Source of the DNA: an uncultured virus (IMG/VR IMGVR_UViG_3300037963_003458)
Lineage: Duplodnaviria > Heunggongvirae > Uroviricota > Caudoviricetes
Strand: one strand, 5' to 3'
IMG/VR virus record: IMGVR_UViG_3300037963_003458
DNA length: 64,000 nt
Below are positions 28,268 to 38,900 of the stretch, piece after piece. The notes beneath the pieces were generated by a model that made no database searches, had not been told where the DNA came from, and saw only the letters and a program-made list of their open reading frames with translations. Positions within the stretch are counted from its first letter, which is position 1, and each line of letters opens with the position of its first letter. Made by a program: the position numbers and the translations under genes.

Positions 28268-29722
28268 TCAAGCAACGCCAATGCATCTTCCGATTTCAGG
28301 CATTGCTCTGTTGTTGTTGACAGGGAACTTGTCAAGGTTGGAGTGGATATGTACGTAGCCATTCTGCACAACGGTACGAAGTCTGAGAGCATCGTTGATG
28401 GTGGTAAAGAAAGCGTCATGCACGACGCCAAGCACACCAGAGAAGTTAAGAATGACGTATCGAACAACAGCAGCGTCCAAGCTGTGGATCATGTTGGGCA
28501 TGGCTCCAGCAGCTCCGACCATGTTGTTGTCCTGCTCAAACTGACTGATAAGCCGTAGAGCAACAAATTCGTCCGGTGTAAGCCAGACAAACTTGCTTGA
28601 GTCCACGTTCATACAAGCAGAGTACCACTTGATGCATTCTTGTCGAAGGACTTTGATGCTAGGAAACTTATCCAGCAGAACTTGCTGACGTTCCTTGACG
28701 AAGGACTTCAGTTCCGTATAAGTGAACTGCTTGGTTCCAATATGAATGGTTGCTTCATTATCAGGAACAATCTTGCCTTCATCGTCGATCTCGCCGTCAC
28801 CGCCATGATCCAACCAGTAGTTAGAAGCAATGCCGCTAGCACCGCTGCCATATCCGGTAAGCATGACGATAGTCTTTGCAAAGGAGCGAGCCTTGCGTCT
28901 GTTGCCTTCGAACAGCAGCTCAGCAATCTTGCCTTCGTCTGCAACCAGCATGTAAAGATCGCCACTGGTGTCAGACTTGACAGCGTTGACAACGCGAGCA
29001 AGCTCTTTGTCACGCATCAGCAAAGCCATGTGCTGAAAGCCACTGCAAGTAGCGTCTTGCTCAAGCAGATAATCAGTCATGCCAGTCTTGCTGATTTCAA
29101 TAATAGTAAGCGCTGCTCTGACAGCCATCCAATCAAGTGCGCCATCTCCGTCAAAGTCAGGAGTTGCAAGATAAGCAGTAGCCTCTTCGACAGTAGTGGC
29201 CCAGCCTTCATGCTTGAAGACCTTAATCATGTAAGCATAGCCTTCGGGCTCAACGCGATACTTGTCAGGAGCACTGAGAGCTGCTCTGCTGAGCCTGTTG
29301 TTTTGCAGGCTGCCCCATTCACCAGACATGTGATAAACGCGTCCACGCCAATCGTAGAACACGTCACAGTAAAGCAAGCAACCTCTTTTGCGCCACATGC
29401 CAAGAAAAGTACGCTCAATAGCGTCTTGCCACTTAAGTCGTTGTTCTCCGCCCTTGGGGAAGATGCTGGAAATATAGTCCATGAAAGAATGACTGACTCG
29501 AAAGCCTTGCTTAGAAAGCTTATCAAGTGCTTTGTAATGATCAGAGTCAGTCTTAGGTGCAAATGGACTGCGGCTGATCATAGGCTTGTTGGAGCCAGGA
29601 GCCACAGGAGTAGGAGAAGGAAGGGCCTTAATGAAGACACGTCCATCGTCTTCAAATCCAGTATCGTAATCAGGGTTGACAAATCGGTTGTAGGCAATGG
29701 ACGAATGTTCGTTAAGAATCAT
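28268..29722 (-). CDS. Minimal single-subunit RNA polymerase (RNAP-2), catalytic core only
   Basis: 484 aa with DWRGRVY, motif A QDATCSGFQH, GDLY, motif B RSFAKTIVMLTGYG, WLTPD, PNMIHSLDAA and motif C VHDAF. Confidence 0.9.
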   Translation of the reverse strand: MILNEHSSIAYNRFVNPDYDTGFEDDGRVFIKALPSPTPVAPGSNKPMISRSPFAPKTDSDHYKALDKLSKQGFRVSHSFMDYISSIFPKGGEQRLKWQDAIERTFLGMWRKRGCLLYCDVFYDWRGRVYHMSGEWGSLQNNRLSRAALSAPDKYRVEPEGYAYMIKVFKHEGWATTVEEATAYLATPDFDGDGALDWMAVRAALTIIEISKTGMTDYLLEQDATCSGFQHMALLMRDKELARVVNAVKSDTSGDLYMLVADEGKIAELLFEGNRRKARSFAKTIVMLTGYGSGASGIASNYWLDHGGDGEIDDEGKIVPDNEATIHIGTKQFTYTELKSFVKERQQVLLDKFPSIKVLRQECIKWYSACMNVDSSKFVWLTPDEFVALRLISQFEQDNNMVGAAGAMPNMIHSLDAAVVRYVILNFSGVLGVVHDAFFTTINDALRLRTVVQNGYVHIHSNLDKFPVNNNRAMPEIGRCIGVA

Positions 29723-29934
29723 AGGTTCTCCAAGTAGTTAATCAGTTTCAGAATATCTGATTGATGCTGTTTAATTTGATCTTTAACCGCTTTGATGACA
29801 TCCTCTTCGGACATCTGTATAGCAGTATAATAATCATCAGAATCTTCAGCATTGACAATACGCGATTCTGCGCAACAGCCACAGCCAGGATCGTATTTGA
29901 CAAGTTGATTGTTACCGTTGATGTAGTATTCCAC
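29719..29934 (-). CDS. Hypothetical protein
   Basis: 71 aa with GCGCC; coupled to RNAP-2. Confidence 0.55.
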   Translation of the reverse strand: MEYYINGNNQLVKYDPGCGCCAESRIVNAEDSDDYYTAIQMSEEDVIKAVKDQIKQHQSDILKLINYLENL

Positions 29935-30122
29935 TAGCCATCTTCTCCGTTAACAGTAAGAATTTCATCAGCCCAGTACATCTGAATGAAAGTGCAAAGC
30001 AGGTTTTCTTCCCAGTCACTGAGACTGCCTGGAGGCGAGTTCAGAAGTACAGTAGCGATGTTGTACATCTCGATAATTCCGTCTGACATGTGAGTTGTGG
30101 TTTCTGGATTCATTTCGTACAT
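29934..30122 (-). CDS. Hypothetical protein
   Basis: Start placed at MYEMNP behind a GAAAGGA RBS. Confidence 0.55.
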   Translation of the reverse strand: MYEMNPETTTHMSDGIIEMYNIATVLLNSPPGSLSDWEENLLCTFIQMYWADEILTVNGEDG

Positions 30123-30123
30123 G

Positions 30124-30405
30124 TCAATCCTTTCGATAAAGCTGTACGGTGTTGTTGATTTGCTGTGCGATTGCATCACACAAATCGGCGCTTGACCAAT
30201 CGCATTTGTGTTTGTTCAAAGCATGTATGAGAAGATTCATCGCAGTTCCAGAAATCTCTGCAAGAGTACCGTCTTGAAAAGCTTGTGCTGCACCCCAGCA
30301 ATTGATCCAAGCAGCGTGTGTAGGAGACTTCTCCCTCCATTTTGGATCGTTGTCATACCAAGCTTTAAATGCATTTGCAACAGCTTCAGTATTAATGATG
30401 TTCAT
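30124..30405 (-). CDS. Hypothetical early protein
   Basis: 93 aa with GGAG RBS. Confidence 0.6.
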   Translation of the reverse strand: MNIINTEAVANAFKAWYDNDPKWREKSPTHAAWINCWGAAQAFQDGTLAEISGTAMNLLIHALNKHKCDWSSADLCDAIAQQINNTVQLYRKD

Positions 30406-30501
30406 GTTGTCTCCAGTGAATAAAGAGGCCCGTAACGTGGGCTAGACGGCTCAACATAGTGCCAGTCCACAGAGCGGTGGGGTCTAATGCTGGACTTGTT
30501 A

Positions 30502-30930
30502 TTAGGCCACCCAGACATCTGAGTTGCCTTGGAACATCAGGATCTTGATGGACTCGTGAAGAATTGCATTCACGTAAGTTTCGTAGCGAACACTGACATC
30601 CAGAAGAGGCAATCCAACAGATACGCTGTAGACGCTGGCGTGGTGTCCTTCTGAGAGCAATTCAAACGCCGTCAGAGTGGATTCCAGGTCGTTGAGCGTT
30701 GCTATGCTAAGCTGGATCTGTTCTGCGTTCCATGCTTCGAAATCCGGATCGTCGTCCATGCGACGGTTCTTGTCCTCTTCAATTGTCATCTTCTGGTACT
30801 TGACGGCCTTCTTCAGTTCTCTAATGATGTAGTCAAGAAATGACAGCATGTTGTGGTTGGATGCGTTGAACATCCGTTCGCATGACTGTCCTTCTTGATT
30901 GGAAGTGTCGTAAAGCATGTCCATACTCAT
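30502..30930 (-). CDS. Hypothetical early protein
   Basis: Start placed at MSMDML behind an AAGGA RBS. Confidence 0.6.
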   Translation of the reverse strand: MSMDMLYDTSNQEGQSCERMFNASNHNMLSFLDYIIRELKKAVKYQKMTIEEDKNRRMDDDPDFEAWNAEQIQLSIATLNDLESTLTAFELLSEGHHASVYSVSVGLPLLDVSVRYETYVNAILHESIKILMFQGNSDVWVA

Positions 30931-30934
30931 AATA

Positions 30935-31405
30935 TCAATCCTTGTGAATGTCACCATCTTCGGTGAAGAGCAAGAAAGTATAAGCATTGGTCTTACGGCT
31001 ACAAGCCGCAAGGTAAGCGCCAGTACAAAGAATGTCATTAGATCGGTTAAGCTTGGTGAACCACTTGCCGTCTTCTCTGATAAAGAGGATGGTAGCCTGA
31101 CCGGCTCGCACATGAGCGTCAAGCCCAGGCGCTTCTAGATTATGCTGAGACAGGCAAAGCTGCCTCATCGATCTGATGAAGCGACACTCAAACATGAGAG
31201 CCTGCTTTTCAGTCATTGTGTTGTTACGACGAACACCCTTGAGTGCAGAATTGAACCTGCCAATCTGCTCGTAGACAGCATCTGACAGTGAGCCGCCGGG
31301 CTCAAAGCCTTCGATGTCATCGACTCCAATAAGCGTTGAAGACATGGTGTCGGACAGAAGAGCCTTGAGAAGTTCTTCTGCACTGTTGAGAACGTAGTTA
31401 GTCAT
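30935..31405 (-). CDS. Hypothetical early protein
   Basis: Start placed at MTNYVL behind an AAAGGA RBS, downstream of a class B motif. Confidence 0.65.
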   Translation of the reverse strand: MTNYVLNSAEELLKALLSDTMSSTLIGVDDIEGFEPGGSLSDAVYEQIGRFNSALKGVRRNNTMTEKQALMFECRFIRSMRQLCLSQHNLEAPGLDAHVRAGQATILFIREDGKWFTKLNRSNDILCTGAYLAACSRKTNAYTFLLFTEDGDIHKD

Positions 31406-31421
31406 GTGGAATCCTTTTGTT

Positions 31422-31444
31422 CGGCAGTGATAGTGAAGATGTCC
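31422..31444 (-). promoter_or_regulatory. Promoter-like repeat, class B
   Basis: GGACATCTTCACTATCACTGCCG, preceded by a GC hairpin at 31449-31484. Confidence 0.65.
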
Positions 31445-31489
31445 GAAAGCAGCCCAAGCCATATTGCGGTATGGCTTGGGCTGCTGGTG

Positions 31490-31675
31490 TCAGATAGCGG
31501 TGGGTCCGCTTACGCGGTCCTTCCAGGCCCGCATGATCTGCTTGGCCTGCTTGGGGTTTTGGAGCAGTTGTCGGCTCAGCTCTTGGCTGAGCGCGTTGAG
31601 AGCCTGCTGAAGTGTGGAGCCTTCCTTGCGGATAGGCTGTGACTGGAGAGTGGTTGCTGCGTAGAAGTTTCGCAT
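31490..31675 (-). CDS. Hypothetical early protein
   Basis: 61 aa with AAGGA RBS. Confidence 0.55.
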   Translation of the reverse strand: MRNFYAATTLQSQPIRKEGSTLQQALNALSQELSRQLLQNPKQAKQIMRAWKDRVSGPTAI

Positions 31676-31684
31676 GGTTGTTCC

Positions 31685-31861
31685 TTAGATGAGGATGTTG
31701 ACCGTGGTGATGAGTACAGCGCAGATGCAGCAGATGATTCCGCCGCCGAGACCGAAGAGGATTGAGGTGTATACCAGTGCCTCAAGTCCTGAGTCGAATC
31801 GATCTCTTCCATTTTTGTCCCGACAGATGCAATTCATTCGTTTCTTCAGTTTGTTTAGCAT
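31685..31861 (-). CDS. Small early membrane protein
   Basis: MLNKLKK... followed by a long hydrophobic Cys-containing segment. Confidence 0.55.
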   Translation of the reverse strand: MLNKLKKRMNCICRDKNGRDRFDSGLEALVYTSILFGLGGGIICCICAVLITTVNILI

Positions 31862-31884
31862 AGTGTTTGCTTTCTGGTTAAGCT

Positions 31885-31902
31885 GTGATAGTGAAGATGT
31901 CC
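31885..31902 (-). promoter_or_regulatory. Promoter-like repeat, class B
   Basis: GGACATCTTCACTATCAC, an 18-nt identity with the 31422 copy; preceded by a hairpin at 31905-31939. Confidence 0.65.
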
Positions 31903-31953
31903 CGTCGCAGCCCCCCGCCGTAGTGGCAGGGGGCTGCGAGTCCAGGTGCGTCG

Positions 31954-32358
31954 TCAGGACATCCAGACGACGATGGGGTGGTGGCCGTCCTGGACGAACC
32001 GCCGGAGGTCGGAGGGCCGCAACCAACCGCCGGGCTTCGGAGTGCCGTCAGGGTTGGTCAGCTTGGGGAACTCCGCCAGCTGCTCGCCGCTGACGTAGTC
32101 GATCACGCGGACGTTCTTGAACGCCCACGGCATCTTCGCCTTCTCGCCTCCCTCCGCGAGCGCCTTGCGGATGCCGCTGCGGGCAGCTCGCAGGATGTGC
32201 ATGGCCGCGTCGTAGTGGCTGTCCTGGTCGTCCATGCCCGCAACGCAGGAGATGAGCAGCTTGAGGTCCTCGCGGTCCATGTGGTCCCAGTCGTCAGCGA
32301 TGAGCGAGGTGGTGGCTGCGAGGACGGCTTCGTTGTTGAATGCGGTGCGAATGGCCAT
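31954..32358 (-). CDS. First early gene, very GC-rich, hypothetical
   Basis: MAIRTAFNNE... with GGAG RBS; third codon positions are almost all G or C. Confidence 0.7.
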   Translation of the reverse strand: MAIRTAFNNEAVLAATTSLIADDWDHMDREDLKLLISCVAGMDDQDSHYDAAMHILRAARSGIRKALAEGGEKAKMPWAFKNVRVIDYVSGEQLAEFPKLTNPDGTPKPGGWLRPSDLRRFVQDGHHPIVVWMS

Positions 32359-32359
32359 G

Positions 32360-32825
32360 ATGGCTCCGATCTGCGCTGTTGCGCTGTAGTAGAAAAAGGG
32401 CAGGTACGCACATGCGCACGCCCGACCGAGACGGGTCCTTGGACCCACGAACCACGGAAAACCTACGAAAACACCACAAATTACCGACCGGGATACCGGG
32501 GGGGATCCTAGAGCCTGCACCGCAGGNNNNNNNNNNATTTCTGACCCCTTTTTCCTACGGACCCTCTGGTCGTAGCCTAGATATAGGTCTGATATACCAC
32601 GGGGCCGGGGTAAACAGCTATGTATAAGCGTGGGGGTCGATAGCCACGACTGAAATAGGGACGATCTCCCGCTCGTACCAAAGGTAATATCCCTTTGTAG
32701 AGAGGGAGGAGGTCCTAACTCAGTCTTAATTCTATACTATACAGATATTAACCTCTAAGTCCTATCTTTGCGCTAAGCGCTTAAGACTCTAAGTAACCTA
32801 GTACTAAGATAATAACTTTGTTCCC
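32360..32825. other. Non-coding region, probable genome terminus or packaging region
   Basis: Lies between the last virion gene and the first early gene, with G runs, an N gap and an abrupt switch in base composition. Confidence 0.55.
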
Positions 32826-32850
32826 CTCTTAGACTCAGGCTTTAACGCCC
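32826..32850 (-). promoter_or_regulatory. Phage promoter-like repeat, class A, copy 3
   Basis: One mismatch to consensus; points into the putative terminus region. Confidence 0.7.
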
Positions 32851-32861
32851 TTAAAAGCAAC

Positions 32862-32893
32862 AGGGGGCTCCCCTTGCATACGAGGAGCCCCCT
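32862..32893 (-). terminator. Terminator-like hairpin after the giant gene
   Basis: AGGGGGCTCC...GGAGCCCCCT stem followed by GTTGCTTTT. Confidence 0.65.
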
Positions 32894-32909
32894 AAGTTAC
32901 TTATTATAA

Positions 32910-35900
32910 TTACTCTAAAGCCCTGAGAATACCCGGTGATGGTCCTTCTCTATCCAGTCCTTTGTCTAACGTCCTCTCAGGAGCCCGTGAAGGCTCTCTA
33001 CGAGGCTGTCTCTCTGGAGGGGTAGGCTGGGGCCTATCAGCTCCTAAAGGCCGTAGAAGCCCTACTGAGGTTTCTTCTACAGGAGGACGGTCAGTGGGGA
33101 AAGGAATCACAGCATCTAATGCTTCTTGCTGGTCCATACTTGGTAATCCATAACCTCTTCGACGAAGACCTCTAGTAGAACCATAACGATTTCTACTACT
33201 TCCTCGTCTTGGTTTGCTCGTAGTTATTGGGTTAGTTCCTAATAAGGCTCTTACTCCTAATTGTACTAATTGAGCAAAAGGTAGCGGAGCAGCCTTTGTT
33301 AGTAATTCCCCGGAGTTTTGCCAATCTCCTTCAAAAGCGGCATTTATACCTCTTTGGAAATCTTTAAAAGAACGAGCTAACATAGCCACACCAGGAATAC
33401 CCACACCACCTGAAGTTCCATAACGGTCTTCATACCCTGCTAAGAAATCAGGATCATCAACCAGACGCCTTAAATGCTCAACAGCAAAATTAGCTAAGAT
33501 TGGTTGAATAACAGTTCCAATACTTCCAAGGAAGGGTAAACGCTCTGCTACCATTAGTCCTGATCCTACAGGATCTTCAGACCAACGTTCTACAATATCA
33601 TCAACAGATTCTCCTCGTACCATGTCTCCCATTATAGCGTAATATACTTCAGCTATAAAGAAAGGAATAATAAAAGAAGATAATCCAACTAAGCCACCCA
33701 AAGCTAAATGAGTTTTTGCATTGTGCAAAGCTAATGCTGGGAACTGGCCCAGAGTAGCAATCATTTCTTGGAGAGCTGATTTTGGAATTTGTTTAGTTAG
33801 CATCTGAGGTTCTACGTTTACCTTTTCATTAAGATATTGCATAACACCTAGAACCTGTTGCGAAGCTCTCATGACACGTCTAGCCATAGGAAGATTTCCA
33901 GCAATAGCTAGCTTTCTAGTATTGTCAGTAAGCTCATCCCAAGTAATTCCATACTCATCTACATATTTTACAAGAACGTGTCTAAACGCTTTAGCATCAT
34001 CAACACCGGCTCCTATAATAGTAAAGATCCCTAAATCTCTTTGAATCCCATTTTTTCTAGCTAAGTCTTTAATTTCTTTAATAGACTTTCCTTGAGATTC
34101 TTCTACGAATTTTACAAATTTCTCTTCATTAGAAACCATCCTCTTTACATCTCGTAAAGCACGATTAGCTCCAATTAACCTATTATATCGGTTAATAGTC
34201 TGGAAACCAGTAGTAGCAATGGTTCTAAGAAAGTTGTCCATTCCGCTTAAAAGATTTAATTTACTTCTTTCTGCAGGAGCTTCTTCAAACTCTGCAATAT
34301 CGCTTTCAAAGTATCTACCAGTTCGAATACCGATGTTTCTTTTATTCAAAGTGTAGTTAGACATGTTTACACTCTGATAACCTCTAGAGCGAGCTTCTCT
34401 ACTAAGAGGTCTAAAGAAATCAGCAATTGAAGCAATATCTCCCATTAACACAGCTCTAGGAATAGACTTAACAACTGTCATTACTGATTCATTAGTACTA
34501 GAGAAAGCCCAGTTACCAGCAGAACCTAAAGTTACACCAAATCTAGTAAGGTGGTGTGCTGCTTCAGCTGTTCCACTAGGTTGTTCAACGCCTTTAGGTC
34601 TTCTATTCAAACCTACATCATATTGATCTTCAAGGCCTTCTAATTGAGTAAAAAACTCTTGCCGATCTTTTTCAGTGCTAAAAGCTACCAAACCTTCAGG
34701 AGTAGGAACTCTTCCGTCAGTTTGAGAATCTCTATTAGCTGATGTTCTTAAGACTCTAATCATATCTTTAATAGATAAATCTTGAGCGTGCATAACAGCA
34801 CCATTTACATAGGTATGAACATCCTCTACTAACTTACCTGAGAATAAAGAAGAGTTAAGAACAACTGGATCAGTTTCTTGAAACTGCATCCATTCCTTAG
34901 AAGCCTTCCACTCAGGAGGTCTAAAACGAGGATCAGGGTAATGCATCATATCTGATTTTAAAGAACCGCCCTGCTGCCATTTTTCTACTAATTGATAAGA
35001 ATCAAAATAACCAAGAGGTTTATCAGTATCTACTTTTATGGTAGGCTTTTCTCCAGCCCTTTCAGCTCTAGCATCTAAAAGATGCTGAAGTTTTTGAGAA
35101 GAAGGACTCAAAGAAGTATCATCTATTAAACCACTGGCTCCTCTAGAATAGGACCAATCTAAAGGTTTGTTATCTCTTACAGCTGGTTTAATGAACTTCC
35201 TAAGAAGAGTTAATCCCGGTACAGAACCAAATAAATTAACTTTGACTTCTTCACCAGTAGCAGGATTAATTCCTGTATCTGTTGTCATAAAATGTCGAAT
35301 CATACTTTGAGTCCACACTACTTTATCATAGTCTGTCATATCATCAAAGTCAGGAGTCTTCATTTCATCAAAGATGCCAGATAGAGCACCAAAAACATCT
35401 TTATACTCTTTACTCCATTCAAGTATTTCTCTTTCACAATCTATTTTAGGTTTATTCTTATGCCATAGAATACCAATATCTTCCATTATCCCAAAACTAA
35501 CTCTTTCACGAGGAAGTTCAGTAAGACTACGAGGCATTAAATTATCTCTTTGGGCTTGTAAATAGTCTTGTTGAACGTCGTCTACTACAGTATTAAAAGT
35601 AATAGGATCGTCCATGTATTGTCTATTTAAAGCAAAAGGTAATTTAGGTCGACTTGCAAGATCTGTTAAAGTAGACTGACTAATAGTACCTACTCCAGCG
35701 GCAGCTGTAGCAAAGTTCTGTAGAATAGCACCCTTCCCAAACATTAGATCTCTATATTGAAGTAAACCAGCAATAGCTTTATCACCTAAACGACTCTGAA
35801 AAATAGGAATCTCTTTAAATAAAGCTACCCGCATTTCATCAGTCATCGGAACATCTGAATCAGGAGCTTTAGTTGCTTCTAAAATAAATAAAACCTTATC

Positions 35901-38900
35901 AGTGATTTTTCTTTTCTCAGCAGGTTTCATTGTTTCTTGAAGCTTTAAACCCTTTCTAGCTTTATAGAATAATCTAGAATAAGCATCTAAAGCCATTCTA
36001 GTTCTTCCTAAATCTGTCTCAACTCTATTCTGTGTAACTTGAGCTGGAACATATCCTTGTAATGCTGTTTGAGTATTAACACCCGTAGCATTAACTAAAG
36101 AACCCAACGCTAAAATAGAATGGAATCGAGAACCTCTTACACCTACCATACCGCTATCTGCATAAGAACCTAAAGTAGCTACATAAGTAGCACCTCTAGC
36201 TACGCCACCTAACATACCATCTCCACCTGTTCGTTTAACATCTATTTTAGAAAGAAGATCAAAGGTTAAAATTCTTTTTAACTCATCAGCTTCTTCATCT
36301 GGAAGACTGTTAATTCGAATAGGTTCGCCAGGAACGGTCTTACCTAACTTCATTGCTTTTACAATTAATTCCATTTTACGAGATTTTGCTAAATCTAAGT
36401 TATCGTGGCTAGCTAAATCTGATCTTAATCTATTCCTTAATTCAATTAAAGTATAGAAATCGTTATCATCTGGAGTTAAAGTCTTTAATTTTTCTTCGAC
36501 CTCAACCAATTTAGATTCTACTTCAGATCTTGGTTTAAGCTCTCCACCAAAACTACGAACATAACTGGCTTCTCGATTAAAAGCAAAAGTAGGCTCTTCT
36601 TCTACAACACCCTCCATAACATCCATAGCTCTTGTAGTAAGAGCATCTAGATAGTACAACCCTTCGCCCATAGCTGTATCTAAATCTTTATAATCGTAAG
36701 AAAGATCTCCACGCTGTACTAATAAACCACCAGCAGCTTCGCTGTAGGGTAACTGCTCAGCTTTTGGTTTTCCTCGTTGAACATTGGATAAACCACCCGG
36801 AGGAGGATCTTGTTTAACAAGTTCTTTAGTTTCAGGATCTCTTGTTACTTTACCTCTATAAAGGCTTCGTTTTTTAACATCAACTGGACGCAAACGTAAA
36901 ACTCTAGATCTCATATTTTCAAGAGCACTTAATACAATAGCAGACATTGAAGATAAAGCAGATCTTACAGTTTCACCAAAACCATCGTCTGCTTTTTCAA
37001 GACCGCCAAAAAATTCAAAGGTCTTGCCTCCTTGCTCTGCAATAGCTCTTTGTTTAAAAAGAACCATTGTTAGGTATTGAGTAATACCCTCAGTAATTGT
37101 ATTTGCTGTTTCTCTTAATTGAGAAGGATCACCAACACCCTCAGGACCAAAGTTACCTAAAGCTCTGCTAAACTTTTGAATTCTATTAAACTGTTCTTCT
37201 GCAGTTCCTTCTAAAAGTTTATTAAATTTCTGAGGATCTTTTGGATTAATGCCTACCGCTTTAAACGCTTGATCATCGTTTAAAATATTTGTAAGAGATT
37301 TGTTAAAATCGTTTATTTTTTCTTGAGGAAGACCCAAGTCTGATAAACTTTCTAGAAAAGCTCTTCTGCTTCTATTATCAGCAAACTCTCGAACAAAAAC
37401 TCTTTTAAGGTCCTTAACAGTTCGACTCCATTTTCCAGACGCAGCTTTTCTTATTTCTGGAACTTCACCAAACGTGCCTGATGTAACTTCACCAGTTCTT
37501 GCTATACCCCACATACGTTCTACTTGTTCGTGAATAAGTAAGTAAGCTGCAGCGGGTATATTAGTTTTAGCAGTCCTTTTAATCTCATCAAGACCCCGTA
37601 GAATAGTAGCTACTCTATTAGAATCAAAAGAAAGATCAATTGAAGTATCTCCACTATAATCAACCTCTATTGAACCGCCTCCAAACAAAGCAGTCCTTAG
37701 CGTTTCATCTACAATAGCATACTCTAAAGTAGCAATAGCTTCAGTACTTGTCATAGGAGGAGCAGAGCTTCTACCTTTTGAATCTCTTCCAGTAAAAGCT
37801 GCGAACAGTTTAGATAAGTTGGTATAAACAACTGTAGGACCGTTATTAGCTTTATGTTTAAGATAAGCTAAATAAGAATCCCCTAAACGTCTATCCGCTT
37901 CAGGACTAAGACTGTTTTCTAAGATAAGTGGTCGATTAATAGGATCTACCTTTTCAGTCATAGTATCAATAAAGTTCTCAGACTTAAGCTCCATCTCAAA
38001 CTCTGGACTATCTGTATCTTCCGCAAACTCCATTTCTAAGGTAGGAGTTTCTTCAGAATCAGGAGCAAATTCCATTTCTAAAGACGTAGATTCTGGTTTA
38101 ACGGTAGAAGCTCTTTCCATTAACACTTCTTTTATACGGGCTCTTCTACTTTCTTTAGACTTACTAAAACCCTTAAGATCGATATTTTGATCTTTAGCAA
38201 ACTCGTTTAAAGCTTTAACAGTATCTTCAATAGCGTTTACCTCTGCTTCAATGTCAGAAACCGGAGGAGTATCAGAAGCAAAATCTAGCTCTAACTCAGC
38301 AGAATCTTCATCAGGAACCATATCAAACAAGGTTGGATCAGGTTCAAAAACGTCTGTAACTAACTCAGCTTGTTTAGGAGTAGTAGGTCTAAGATCACTA
38401 GGTTGTACTTTTGTTGTAATATCTAGTGTAGCTGGAGTAGCCCACATGTAGTTACCATCAGAAGTTGCACGAAGCACAACACCACGAACATTTGGATTAT
38501 TCCTGTTAGCTTCATCTTTACTAGAATACTTCTTATTATCGTATGCTTTATCAATAGGCCTTATATAAGGAACAGTATCTCCAGTTTCGATAGTAGCTGC
38601 TATGATTTCAGTAGACATTCTAACTTCATCAGCTGCTTGTTGAGCCGCGTCTATTCTTCTTTTTTGAATAGCATATACTGCAGCTAAATGATTAGAAGCA
38701 AAACGAACTTGAGTTGCATTAACTTTAATATCGCCTTTTAAAGAATCTACAGCTTTCATAAGAACAGAACTTCTAACTAAGTTTCCTTCAGCATCTTTTC
38801 TACGAGTAAGACCTGCTGAGCCTAGCATTTCTGCTATACCATAAGCAGCTGGAGGAGCTGTTTCTTTTCTAAATTCAGCTTCTTTCATAACATTTGCTAA

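Noticed and set aside
28268..29722. RNAP-2 as a pseudogene fragment of RNAP-1
   Set aside because: It is an uninterrupted ORF with RBS, terminator and all catalytic motifs, and its sequence is very divergent from RNAP-1.
28640..29737. 365-aa plus-strand ORF antisense to RNAP-2
   Set aside because: It is a shadow frame of a clearly real gene, with no motifs, and all credible genes are on the minus strand.
31978..32511. Overlapping ORFs in the GC-rich early segment
   Set aside because: They result from stop-codon scarcity at high GC; only the frame starting at 32358 has an RBS and a GC3 pattern.
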